A stretch of DNA of 59,040 bases, the filler included, from Sphacelaria rigidula (Eukaryota), in the NCBI GenBank assembly GCA_964200075.2. It is 5 parts of 5 records of this genome, joined end to end, with 100 filler letters (N's around TTAATTAATTAA, not from the genome) between each part and the next. Parts side by side here need not be neighbours in the genome. Positions count along the whole stretch, not along the records: positions 1 to 11,728 come from CAXNAA020004580.1; positions 11,829 to 23,556 come from CAXNAA020004581.1; 3 more parts are not named here. The stretch is one strand, 5' to 3'. The notes below the pieces were generated by a model. That model was not told the DNA's origin and did no database searches. It saw only the letters and a list, made by a program, of their open reading frames with translations. Both the position numbers and the translations under genes were made by a program. Positions 1-12,111 of this stretch are shown one piece after another; position 1 is the first letter of the stretch, and every line of letters starts with the position of its first letter.

Positions 1-523
1 GGGCATGTCTGGCGGATGGAGCGACTCGAAGCGCTGCACGAAACTAGAAACAGCGAAGTGCATGGTTTAAGGTTCCTTCCTGTCCTTTGGGGACAAAAAA
101 AAAGCATGATAAAAATCAATGCCATGTACGAAGTTTAAATTCAAGCTCTTGTTGACCAGTTCCCACCGCAAACACGCGCAGTGATCGAGTACGATATCCT
201 TGGAATGAGCGTCGTGCGTCTTGGATGAACAGTGATACGTGTGCAGTGTATAACTATCAACTTTTGCTTTTTTCAGATATAAGCGACGTGATGGTGACAC
301 TTTCTTGTCTTGGATAGTGGTGATTCTGGCCTCGTTTGCCAAAAGGGTGACGACATGAGAGTATTCGCTCAGCCTATTTTTGATGTTGATACACACATCT
401 CAGCGTTTTTCACATGTACTTCGTTTGAGGAGATCGCTCTCTGTTAAACTTCAATTATTATAGATCGGAATAGGACTTGCCTAACCGGCAGCACCTTCGT
501 CTATGCCCCTGCCATCGGTTCAG

Positions 524-3500
524 ATCCAGCAGACGGACGTCAACGCCGGAGGCGTCGGAAGCACCATTTCTGTCGTGGCCGCTGGCGTTGACCGCAAAGT
601 CAGCATTGAGTCCTCAGTGTCCGAGTCTTTCGAAGCTGTTTCGTCGATACTGCTGGGTGAGAGCTCCGTCGCAAGACTGGTCTTTTTCCAAAAAATTATT
701 ACTAGGCAGAATCTCCACGCTCAATTTGTCATGTTTTTTGCCTGTTGTTCTCCCCGTCTGCAGCAGTCGTTTTGAGCAGTATGAAGCCCGCGAAGTACCG
801 AATCAGGGAAGTGGTGCTGCCTGTCAGCAGCGTTTCTCTCGCGAACGATATGGGTAACATCTGTCAATGCGTCGCATCCCCATACACTCACTTCACGTCT
901 AGGCCCTCCGATGCCTACAAGATATTTCATGATAGTGACGATTCCTCGAGACATTTGATGACTCACGGTCAACATGCATGGCTTTTGAAATTCAATATCG
1001 TTGACTAGAATTCAAAACCCTGACCGTTGACGTTGTCATCATCCGCGTATTAGAATATCTGCTATAAAGTACGTTGGTCGATGCACTGCGACTGTTAATA
1101 TCCCTTCAGTACTTTATCCGAGGTCAGCTGCTGTTTTGGTAGATATATTCCCCTGAGATGTATTTCGCGGTGGTGACGGCTGATCCAACGCGCGGGCAAG
1201 GGATAACTATGATGTGAAAATAAGATTATCATATCTGACAGTGATAGCCATGTCTCCGCATAGACGTTCAAAAAAGGCGTTGAACTGCAGGTCACAACTC
1301 CGATCCATTACCCCCCATATCTTGGAACCATATCTTGGAAACGAATGACTCTTCATAGGGTGCTTTAGAAATTCTCATCATTGGGTACAGCACAGTACGT
1401 CTTGGAACATCATGTGTATCTCACGGCAGAACATCGACCGTGAGTAGGGCTGCATCTTGCCATACACCTGTAAAACCGAGTAGGCAGCGCGTGCAGCGTA
1501 ATGGCCCATTTCAATCCCATAAATACCGATTTGGTCGAGCTGTTCTATCTTGCCCGGGATATATCGACTGCACCAGCCTTTATCATTTGTCTAGGTCCTC
1601 TGATCCTTAACGGCATCGCCTCCATGTGTCTCCCGCGCCGATAGGCTGAAGGGTTATTTTCATGTGAACGAATACCATATCCACCTCTGTATTTGGCTGC
1701 ACCCATTGTTTCTGTGACAACGGATCAGGTGGATTCATTGTTTCCGAACATTGAAGTAATCATTTGTTTTTCCTGAACAAAGGTAGCGATCGTGCGGGGT
1801 AAAACTGTATATTAGGCCACTAGATATAGAAGCATGGAAAAGCTAATGGGGTTCAGATCGAAACCATTAAGGCAACACTGAACATCTGTGAAAGCATGAT
1901 CATGGCCGTAGAAAGCACAACTTCTGATGAAAGCCGTGTTGCATACTTGTTGTACGTCGCGATCACTCCTGACAACAGAGTCGATGGCGACAATCGACAC
2001 CAGAGGCGACGGCATCCTCAGTGCTGGCGACACCGTCGAATACGCTGTGTTCATCACGAACACGGGAACTACTTGCCTCACGAATGTTGACGTGAAGGCT
2101 TCGGCTCTACAAAGAGTGACGTGCAACGCGAATCACACAGGTTTGTCGACTGCAACACTTGTATCTCTGCTGCTCTGTTTTCGTACCCCTGAGGGTACCG
2201 AGAACGTGACGTGCGGATGTTTTGAGCCTACGATTCATATACCATGAGCATTTTCGCTCGACGCTGGCGTTGTCGAGGCTGGGTTCTTGAGACGTAGAAA
2301 ATGCTGGTAACACCGTTCGGTTACAGCCTGAAATCAGTGTTGCAGAATTGTCAGGTAACCTGCACGTAGTGTCCAAGCGAGAACACGAAGCACTTCCACT
2401 TACCCAGAGTGTTTCGCAAATTGCTGCAGTATGAAGGGCAAGGTGTGCCAGAAGATTCTCCCTTCTCTAGGCGAGTTCTTGTGAATTGTTCATCTCCAAC
2501 GGTTTGGGGGCCAAAACAACGGCTCCTTGAACTACAAAGGATAATCTTCATCACATAATCTTCGTCATATACTTCTTTCGTGCGAACGCTCCAGCCGCCC
2601 GACGACTCTGTAACCTTCACGGCTAAACGGTCGACACGGATTGAGCCGCTTGATCATTTTTTGGGGTTTTATTTTGGTCTGGCGTGCCTTTGACCTGACT
2701 GAACTGATGCTTCGGCTTCTGCACAAAAGAGCCGAAATGGCAATACTCGAGACCTGAAACAATATTCGATTTCAACCACTGCCTATTTGTTTGTTCAATA
2801 CTTGACAATATTGCCTCTCATAAGCGCTGCGTGCCGACGAATATTTGAACAGGTTCGGTAGATCTGGAGGACATGTTCTGTCCGGAAGACAACAATTTCA
2901 TGTGCAAGGGAAACTACACCATCAGCCAGTATGACATGGACAGGGGTTACTATCGAGCGCTATTCTTCGTGACCTCGTCTAGCCCTAGTGGGGCGAATAT
3001 TTCATCCGATCTTGAGTACTCGGTCGATCTGGTTGGGGCGGCCGGCATCGTCGTATGTGAGCAAACCACTGCATGACAGACTCGAAGCAAGGCGAAACAT
3101 CATTACTCACCGTTGTGTTTGTCTAATAGATGCAGAGTTCGAGGCAAAGTGTCCGTGCTGTCTTTTCGTCGGTGGGGACTGCGTTGTCCATCCATCCATC
3201 CATGATACGTTGGAGATGAGCGAAATCCTCTCGCCGCACATTGGGCGCTTGGATTCCTATACAGGCTAACTCAAAGGCTCGTGAAACGGGCAAGACGTAC
3301 CTACGGAAATTGATTATGCTAATAGTGGGGTGGCGATCAGCCTCGTGCTGCATTGATATAATCAGAACTCACATTCACGAATATTCTTCGCGCTTGTTTA
3401 TTTGTTACTTTTTGTCACACATGCCCATCACATCCATAAATGTGACATTAGCACAACGTAAGCTCAGCTTATCTACGCAAACGTGGCACACTGCAGATCA

Positions 3501-6500
3501 ATCTCGTACATCAGCGTTCGAAAAAATCATCTGAATATAAAACGTGGCTCACAGCCCAGCACCATACCAAACGGAGAGCGCCACGGTACCTTTGGGAGAC
3601 GAATCATCGACGCAGCGCGGAAGGGACTATGGGCATCCCTGTGGCAGTAAAATTGTCATTTTGAAGTGGTTCATATGCTGAATCCAGACGATCTCATTCA
3701 TTCACTTGTCGAAAAAAAAAGCCTGCGAACCAAAAAAGAGGTTCATTTCTTCGCAATGCATGGGACAAGCGACGCTGAGTGCGTCATCAACCGCACCGAA
3801 CGACCACCCTGTCGGTACGTAGCCTGATAGTCGACCCTAACCATTGCCGCAGCCCTTAGTCGGACCATAGCCGTAACCCTAACCCTATTCCTAACCCTAA
3901 CTCTGACCTTGCCTCTAACGTTACTGTAGATATACACGGAGACTATGAACCGACAAGCGGCAACGACAACGCAGCTGTGGGTGATATTGTCCGTTACACG
4001 TTTGCCATCAGAAACAATGGCAGCATCACGTTGGACACCATTGACTTGGTCACATATCCAGCGGTGAGTGTAAAATCCAACTGTGGCGTCCACCGACCGG
4101 TCTGAGTTTCGGGGGGCGTATTTATTTGTTGCTTGCCTTAGTCGTTTGACCATTGACCACGCATCCCTTTCGAGTTTGGAAGGGGAGGGGGAAGGATATT
4201 TTTCAATAGAAGTGATGTTTGGTCACGTATTAACTCAATGTGGACCAGTAGGCCCCCACGGCTGGAATTGCTATATATGTCGCGATCGTAGCGTGTATTG
4301 CTGATTGAGATCCCGAGAAGCTCGCATCAATCGCAAACTGCCCAAAATGTGCAGCACACGGGTTCGTTCAATCATACACCAAACCGTATCGGGTTTATCT
4401 AAAACTGCAAGAATATGAATTGCATAGCATAAAGGTCAAAATTACTCAGCTTGATCGCGGTAGTCTTCATAGCTGGTACCTTGGTACATCACTATTAACA
4501 CACGAGCCTCGTGAATTCCTAGAAAATGAGACCCATCCGACGAAAGTCGCGAGGAATTTGGGGCTCTTCGATTACATGTGGCCATCGCATCGCGTGCAAC
4601 CTGCCGTTGCCATCCGGTGTCATTTTCATTTCTCGTCACAGCTGTCGGATCTCATGTGCACACCGGACGTACTCAACGGGGCCAACTTGACGCTTCAGGA
4701 GCACGCAACATGCGCCGGGTACCACACCATTACACAGGAGGATATCGATCGGGGACACGTGAGTAATCGCGTGTACACCTACGCGCAGAACAAACCCGTG
4801 TAATATTTACTACACTCCGATCAGCCGCAAGTTTTACAGCAGTTCTACTTCTGTCAGACGTTATTTTAATTGTGTTACGTGTACCTCTCATCGATTGACT
4901 TGCTCTTGGCACCTACACCCCACGTCTACATGTGTATCCGAAGAGAAACAAGCATATCAGTATGGTAGCATCTACTCGAAACGGAGTCGAGTGTAGCCTC
5001 CCCGGGTTTTCAGGGTTCACGGCTGATCCACCTGGTGTAGTGCAGTGTTGACGGGTACACTGTAGATTTTTCCGTAACCCTTCTCCTTCCGCTCGTACTC
5101 TTGGGATGCAGGCTACGACATCCGCCACCGTGAGTGCCGAAAGCCCCCTCGGCGGTGTATCTGCCCTAAACTCCAGTACTCATCGGCTTACATATCACGC
5201 GAGCGTGGCGATCGGTGAGACTCAGCGCATAGGACTGATGTTGTGGATCTTGCGCCTCGGCGCGTCTTCCGTGCCGGTCGATGTGTATTTCGAGGCGAAA
5301 GGGATGACCTCATTCAGGAAACAGTTGACGAAAAAGGGCATATCAGTGAAGTTGCAGGCGCTGCCACGTCGGTATGTTTCCACTGGGGTATGCTCTTGGC
5401 TAAGTAGTTTGAACACACCACCGATAAGAAATCCTTTTGCGAACATTTTTTTGTTGTTGTGCCGTCGTCGGTGGTTCAGCTGTATACGTTTCGATAATGG
5501 CACCGGGTAGTGCGCTTCCTTCAAGCAATTGAAAATCTACAACTGCGGTGTCATGTGTTCAGAAGACCGTGAAAAGTGTCAAGGTTCCTATCGTCCTATA
5601 CTGCTCATTCCACGTCGTTCGCCGTAGGCAAATACCTGCTCAAGCCGCAATCGCAAAGTGTGATCAAAATACCAAACAACCGAATAACAACCTCATCAAT
5701 TACCCAAGTAACCGTCCAACCCCGACATCAACAACCGACCAGTTGGTTTTTTAATTTTCATTGGATTCATTTCGCTGCTCCCTTCTTCGGCGTGAAATCG
5801 CATGCCCATCTTTGACATCATTCAGAAACTTCCGGCACCTGGCACGATGGCAACCAAGAGGATTCTCTCGCAGCACCACACGAGAAAATTAGCTACATCT
5901 ACAATATCACCAACGCGGGAACAGTCACGCTGAGTAATATAACTGTTCACGACAGCGCTGTAAGCGACGCAGTGTGTTCGAAGCCAACACTGGCACCGGA
6001 GGAAGTTTTCACCTGTGGCGACCACTTTTACCTGGTACGCAACGGAAACCGACACGTTGCGGTATTACAACGATATGTTTGCAGCCAAGCAAGCGGCGAA
6101 GGAAATCCGTGTACATGCGAGACGGCGTCTGAGAACGTACAATATCAAGTTGGCCTGCACTGGCTCATCTGCTCCGGCTTTCATATATGCTCAGTGCTCT
6201 TGGCCTTTCTCCCACAATTCATGGGTGTGTACTGTACATGGAGAAAGTGGAGCTCGGAGTCCCCTCCTTCTTCACGACACCCTAGCGCAAGCAGTACCAC
6301 GTGATGAATCGCGGTCTAGATAGCCGATTCAAAACATTCTCCTACGGCATTGTGTTCTGTGCGGGCTCCTTTTCTAAACCCTGGCAGAGACCTGTCATGA
6401 CCTTTTTCGGGACCAACAATAGATTTTAGAGTGGCGTATCCCGCCCCCTATTTTCCCCTTTCTTCGGTGATCTTTTCGTTTTGCTCAGTCTTTGTTTCTT

Positions 6501-9500
6501 CGTCTATCCGTTCTTTCCGTTTTCACTGCCCTTCTTTCGAGTTTCCAGCAGCGAGTGCATCCGTACAGTTACCTCAGGTTCGCGTATCTCGTGAGCACGG
6601 CTGGATTTGTGACAGATCTGTTATACTCCAATACCTAATTAATCAACCCGCCACGCCAAATCAATCGATCGTGTGGGAAAGGAGGCACGACCTTCCCAGC
6701 CCTCTCACACATGACAATTTTTACTCAATCGTCGTCAATAATGTTGCAGATTAGTCAAGCTGATATCGATACCGGGACGGTGGAAAATGGGGCAACCGTG
6801 ACGGCGATAGATGCCTTGATGGTGCCGGTATCTGCTGACGTTATCGACAAGGTTCCGCTCAAGCGGACATGGAGCGTCATCATTGGTGAGTTAGCATCAT
6901 ATTCTGTTAGGTTAAGTTGATATCTGGGCTTCACACCTGTCCGATGACTTGTTGGCCACACGAGCCTTACCAGCGGCACGATCAACGCGAGGCAATGGAC
7001 TACCCGGAAATGCGGTTCAAGTTTCAAATGGCTCACCGGTCATAAGCAAATTCTCTCGCGGTTAGCCAGCCGTAGCTCACCCACAGCTCGTGATTTTTGC
7101 CCTTTCAACAGCAGCTGTTCGCGTCGCGTGTAACTGCTGTACGCGTCTGAAAGGAGCTAATTGATGCCTCGTTTTCGATGCGTGTGGATGAAGATCACCT
7201 TGCGGAAATCTATACTTTGCACAGCGTAGCAGATGTTGCTAGTTTGTTGATGAGCCCCTCACAAAAAGCGCCGTAAATGACCCTACATACGATTACCCAA
7301 TGCGAAATACGAGATGTCGGAGAATACACAGTACTTTCCTCAGCATGACATATTTCTTCATAGTAGGATTCGAGTAGGTTCCCTTCCTATACATGGTGTC
7401 ATTTTTCGTGTTTCCCCCCGTAGATCACGGGGGGAATAGGATTACATTGTTCGTCCCAAAGCCTACGTAATACGGGGCCCGCTCTACTTTCTTCAGACGG
7501 TGCAGTGGGGCATCATCTGCTGATCGCTTCCTGTGTACTGAGTCGAAAATACACCGAAATCACAAAATGATCTCGTATGCCGCGCGTAGCATGAAACGAT
7601 TTGTGTAGCATTCCAAGCTCAAGTCTTAGGTTTGCTGGGCCGGCCATTTTTACCGTGTCGCATTCCCATGGATCACAGGACCCAATGGAGAGTGTTGTGT
7701 AAGCCCTACACGTGACGAGAACTGCGGGTCGTACCATTTGCGCGCGAAACATGGAAGTGAAGGCAGGCCAAGAAGTCATGCGAAACCGTATTGCTGTTCT
7801 AAACTGCCGATCCGCCCCCGCGCTCTTTTTTTCCGTAGAGAAAAACTCCACGTTCATGGGCGACGCCCTTCGAGCTAGCGTCGGCGATCAAGTACAGTAC
7901 GACTTCGTCGTTGAAAACAACGGCACGACAACTTTGTCGGGAGCGGCTATCTTGGACGACAAAGTAAGTGCAAGTCGCAGCTGCGCGGTACGCTCTCCGC
8001 AGTGCATTTTTATGGTAGATTTGTGTACACATAACGGCATACTTTACCCACAACTCCTGACCCATCCCATCATCTGGGATTCTTGCTGGAGAAACAGTCG
8101 CGCTGGTTGAAAGCGTCAAGTACACATACAGTCAGTTGTCATGCATACTAGCAAATGAGTCATTTGGTAGGCTTGAAGGTGAACTTCCGACAAGTTTTTG
8201 GAGACCGTTGTGTCAACATGCGGGGCAGACTTTATCACAAATCAACGGTTTTCGTGGTTCTTGCACCGTTGGGTTCGCTCCCAACGTCAAACGTGTTTTG
8301 TTTCATTCCCACTTGTTTCGTCAAGTATGCAAACAGACACTCATAAACTTACACTTGGAAAATATTCGTCAACAGCAACACACTCTGGTGTTGTGGATAC
8401 CCGCAAAGGGAGAAATATGATATATTTCTGTGTTGTGGGTATAATGGCATCATCGCTCGGGATCAAAACGGTCGAGTGTGGACGTTCAGGTGCCGGATAA
8501 CGGTCGTCAGAGTGCCCCGAGGAGGAATGACTATCTTAAAATACATCAAGAGTGGGGGGGACTTGATCGTACCAGAGATGAGAATATCAAGTAACAACGT
8601 GAGGGGGTGCTGCGTACTCTGTAGCAATTGACGTATATCTTCCCGCTGAACTTAATCGTGTCCAGCTGCATTCAATGTTTGTCCTTTTCGATCCATAGGT
8701 ATCTACCTCCCCGGATGAACTAAGCTGTAGTGGAACTCTGGAGTCCATACCGCCGCACTCAAGTGTCACCTGCCAAGGGATGAACGCATACGAGATTACA
8801 CAGGTACCACTACTAAGCATCCACGGCTACGGGTAGCGTAGACCTTTCATCATAGTGCACAATCGACGTGTTGTCTCGCCATACCAGGTTCATGAATCGC
8901 TTGAGACATTGCAGAAACTGTCCGACAGTGTCGTGATCACTAGCTACGGTGCGTGAATCTTGCCGGAAAAGATTTCTCGACTTCTGTACCGTAGGATTGC
9001 GGCGTTCATCGCAATGCAATCAAGGTGAAGTACATGGGTAATATAAATATATACCACATCACGAATATTCACGCCACGTAGGCACTCTCGTTCAAACTTG
9101 GGTTCTATTTTGCTATCAAAGTGGCAACGCTTTCAGATGAGCCTCGTCCACACTTTTTAGCTGCTTATTTGCGCTTTTTTTTTACCGCAGTAAAGGTCTT
9201 GTTACCTTTTTAACCCTGGTATTTGTCAACTAGCGTAAGGAAGGCATCCCAACCTCGAAGCGTCCACACTCTATCCTCGTAGCTCCATCTCTCTCTCCCC
9301 AACTTCGTGCGGTTGATTTAGTCAGATATCACTGATATTCAACTTGCCACACGCGACAAAGTTTTAACTTCGCGCGATCGCTACTCTGCTCTCGCGTCGA
9401 CAACAAACTGGCACACCCAAGTGTTTACATATCATAGCTGCCACTGTAAATTGTCAACCTTCTGCGCTCATTGTGATTCCCAAGTCCCACCCCTCAATCG

Positions 9501-10728
9501 AGGCCTTATAACTGGAACTATTTGCGTTTACCTTCTGTATTCGGCTTCCTCAAAGTTCTCCAACGAACTCATGGTCCACATGCTAGTACTTGGCTTTCTC
9601 TACATCATTTTTCGCTTGTTCCTTTTTCCCTCCTTTCCTCTTGGTTTGTCTTTGAGTTGTGTTCCTGGTTTGTTTTTTCTTGGTTCACTTTTTGTTTTGT
9701 TTTGTCCTGTTCTGCTGTGTTGTGTTCTCTGTATTTCCCTCGTTGTAGGGCTCGTTCTTGGATCCCATCATCCTTTGTCCCTTGTAGCGTCGCCTTGCCG
9801 TGGCTTCGCTTGCGTTGCCTTGCTTTACTTTGCCTTGCTGTGCCTTGCCGAGCCTTACCCTGATCTGCCTTGTTCGTTGTGCCGAGCTACGTTTCTCCTT
9901 ATAATGGCTGTTCGGCCTCTTATGACCTGCCCGCCATGTAGCCGACGAATGCTTCATATTTAACTTTGTTCTTTCGAGCTGTACCATTATTGTTGTATAT
10001 TGTTTCATCACTAGCGTATTCGTAAAGTCCCGTCCTTCCGGACACCGTGTTTTCTTGTCCTTGAGCGATGTTGTTTTCCCCATTTTATGCTGTCTTTTCG
10101 TGCCATGGCTATGTGACCATGGACGCTAGATCCCCGGAAAAGGGCTGATGTAAAAGACAACAACAACGCAACATTTGTAACTCCAAAGTTACCAATTCTC
10201 TTCGTGGGCGTCGTAAGTCCTCGTTCATGTTATCACGAAAATGGTAAAGTAAATATCTCGTTGCTTAGTGAAACTATTTTTTATTCCCCCATTTTCTGTT
10301 TTTTCCTGCAACAGGATGACATTGACTCTGGCAGCTCTGTCAGCACGGCCTCCGTCAACGCCGCATCTGCTTCCTTGGATGCCGCAAATGTCACACACTG
10401 GGTATCGTCAGAAGTGCACATCCCCCGAGATCCACGCGTTTCCATACTCGTAGAGAATTCAAGCCGCACAACTGATCGAGGACTCCTTTTGGCCACTGTC
10501 GATGCCAATGATACGCTATCGTTCACCATCACGATATCTAATGACGGCAACACATGGCTCAGCGCAGTTGAGGTGTCCGATACGCTTCTGGAAGGCATTG
10601 ACTGCGCACCGAACATGTCCGGCGTTGATTCTCGGTTCGCCCCCACCGACGAAGACATTGTGTGTACGGCTCGGGTGACGTTGACACAGTCTATGGTTGA
10701 CGCGGGCTTCGTGGAAACCACGATCAAG
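524..10728 (+). CDS. Partial multi-exon gene for a putative secreted/cell-surface protein of tandem DUF11/DUF7507-like ('conserved repeat domain') Ig-fold repeats; exons 524-656, 1979-2140, 2853-3056, 3930-4063, 4642-4758, 5112-5214, 5826-6034, 6750-6885, 7839-7963, 8699-8803, 10315-10728
   Basis: All 11 exons have AG/GT borders and chain with matching phases into one stop-free 1842-nt (614 aa) frame. A repeat motif recurs: GDTVEYAVFITNTGTTCLTNV / GDIVRYTFAIRNNGSITLDTI / HEKISYIYNITNAGTVTLSNI / GDQVQYDFVVENNGTTTLSGA / NDTLSFTITISNDGNTWLSAV. Each is followed by a Cys pair and then YTISQYDMDRG / HTITQEDIDRG / YLISQADIDTG / YEITQDDIDSG / VTLTQSMVDAG. This fits the remembered consensus GdtitYtftVtNtGnvtL...tytvTqaDidaG.v.NtAtv. 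Start and stop are not in this piece. Confidence 0.88.
3835..3920 (+). repeat. Degenerate telomere-like (CCCTAA)n tract in an intron
   Basis: accctaacc...taaccctaaccctattcctaaccctaactctgacc, ending just upstream of the acceptor for exon 3930. Confidence 0.5.
4113..4190 (+). repeat. Short (~70 bp) dispersed element flanked by G-runs; other copies at ~15051-15120, ~47150-47212 (-), ~49562-49628 and ~49641-49708
   Basis: Shared core gcgtac(t/c)tatttgttgcttgccttagtcgtttgaccattgaccacgcatccctttcgagacggag in four of the five pieces. Confidence 0.8.
9540..10167 (+). mobile_element. Probable 5'-truncated non-LTR retrotransposon 3' UTR remnant in an intron
   Basis: T-rich body ending atgtgaccatggacgctagatccccggaaaagggctgatgtaaaaga + (CAA)n tail. 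It resembles the catgagaccacggctggaccc family ends elsewhere in the window. The left edge is approximate. Confidence 0.5.
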
Positions 10729-11120
10729 GTGAGAATAAGAATGAAATATATGAATGACAATGCCATTTACGTAATTGACCGGTGAGAATGCTACGATGTG
10801 GATATTCTGTGGATATTCTATTTTTTCGGTGAAACTCACTGCGCAAATGGTGTACGGAGACGAACGGATGGATGCGGAAAAGCAAGCCACAATGGAGAAG
10901 CAGCATACTAAAAAAAAGTATGAGAAAATATATCCCCATATTAATCCGGCACTTCTGCCCCCCCCGGGCTTATGATAAACGATGTGTTACGTTTTGATGA
11001 AATCGTATCGTATTTACTGCGTCTGAGTGCGTGCATACCTATTTTCTGGCCTTCTCCTGTGCAGTATCGTCAATTGTATATTATATCGCCACTCTGATTT
11101 GGTACAGACTCCACGTCTAT

Positions 11121-11172
11121 CATGTGACCACGACTGGACCCCTGGGGGGTCAGTTAAAGTGCGACATTCAAT
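11121..11172 (+). mobile_element. LINE-type 3'-terminal motif; related copies at ~26110-26226, ~49888-49950, ~53595-53655 and ~56455-56530 (-)
   Basis: catg(t/a)gacc(a/g)cg(a/g)ctggaccc...gggtcagt(t/g)aaagtgcgaca, followed in most copies by an (AATC)n tail. A related end closes the RTE copy at ~39020-39073. Confidence 0.65.
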
Positions 11173-11521
11173 GTATCACATCAAAACACATTTTACCCAC
11201 TCACCCCTGATACCGAGTATCACTTGCCGGGAGGCTAAAGTACATGGAGGAAATACAGAACTGTACTGCAAGAGCACGGGTACCCAGGTGCGATGGCGAC
11301 ACGCCGTATCGCAGGATAGTACAGCGCACCGTTGTCTGTGGCACGTCTGGAACGTGTAGCGACAATGCGACGCATGTCAGTGATCCACGGTCGATACAGA
11401 AAGGGGCGAAACGTTCAGAAAGATATTTGTGGGCGCTTCGTGCTTTGACTGCTCCTAAAGTTCTATTTCGTGTATCATGGTTCGCATAAACTATGACTGG
11501 CAAGCATGCCGAGGGAAATGT

Positions 11522-11529
11522 TTGTTGTC

Positions 11530-11596
<67 letters not shown>

Positions 11597-11622
11597 GATG
11601 TTGCTGTTGTTGTTGATGTTGC

Positions 11623-11695
<73 letters not shown>

Positions 11696-11728
11696 GATGT
11701 TGCTGTTGTTGTTGTTGTGGTTGTTGTT
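11522..11728 (+). repeat. (GTT)n microsatellite at the end of piece 1
   Basis: Long gtt run with occasional gat/gct variants, reaching the linker. Confidence 0.95.
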
Positions 11729-11828
11729 NNNNNNNNNNNNNNNNNNNNNNNNNNNNNNNNNNNNNNNNNNNNTTAATTAATTAANNNNNNNNNNNNNNNN
11801 NNNNNNNNNNNNNNNNNNNNNNNNNNNN
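11729..11828. other. Artificial linker N44-TTAATTAATTAA-N44
   Basis: 100 nt with a six-frame stop cassette in the middle. Confidence 0.97.
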
Positions 11829-11950
11829 CATGAAGGGTGAGCTGCATCCTGCTAAGATTGCTCGGCCCGAAGCCTACTGATTATCTTGCATTCGGATGAC
11901 AGTCAACAATGAGTTGTTTTATTCTGTGGTATCGCCACTTCCAGAGACAG
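11829..11950 (+). repeat. Dispersed repeat, homologous to ~54987-55105
   Basis: Both copies share gggtgagctgcatcctgctaagatt...tactgattatcttgcat...ggtatcgccacttccagagacag. Confidence 0.8.
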
Positions 11951-12111
11951 GCATGGCTTTTACACTGCTTCACGGGTGTCTAATCAGTGTAGGGGGGGGG
12001 GGGGTTGACGTAGGCATGCCGTGTATTGCCGACAGGCTCCTCTCTACACGCATATCGAGCAACACTGGCAATCCGGCCTCTATCTGATGCCGCAGCACGT
12101 GCGCATCTTAC

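Noticed and set aside
7411-7437. Hairpin ttccccccgtagatcacggggggaa as a Helitron end or terminator
   Set aside because: No downstream CTRR end and only one copy seen.
9421-9963. 180-aa hydrophobic 'membrane protein' ORF (similarly 38334-39068)
   Set aside because: T-rich retroelement 3' UTR sequence with no splice or codon support.
524-10728. Bacterial contaminant origin of the DUF11/DUF7507-like gene
   Set aside because: It has ten canonical spliceosomal introns, and they contain host repeats shared with the other pieces.
11477-11780. Poly-Val/poly-Leu ORFs (likewise the CV/TH ORFs at 17472-18104 and 26960-27566, and poly-S/T/V ORFs at 34910-35372)
   Set aside because: Translations of microsatellites.
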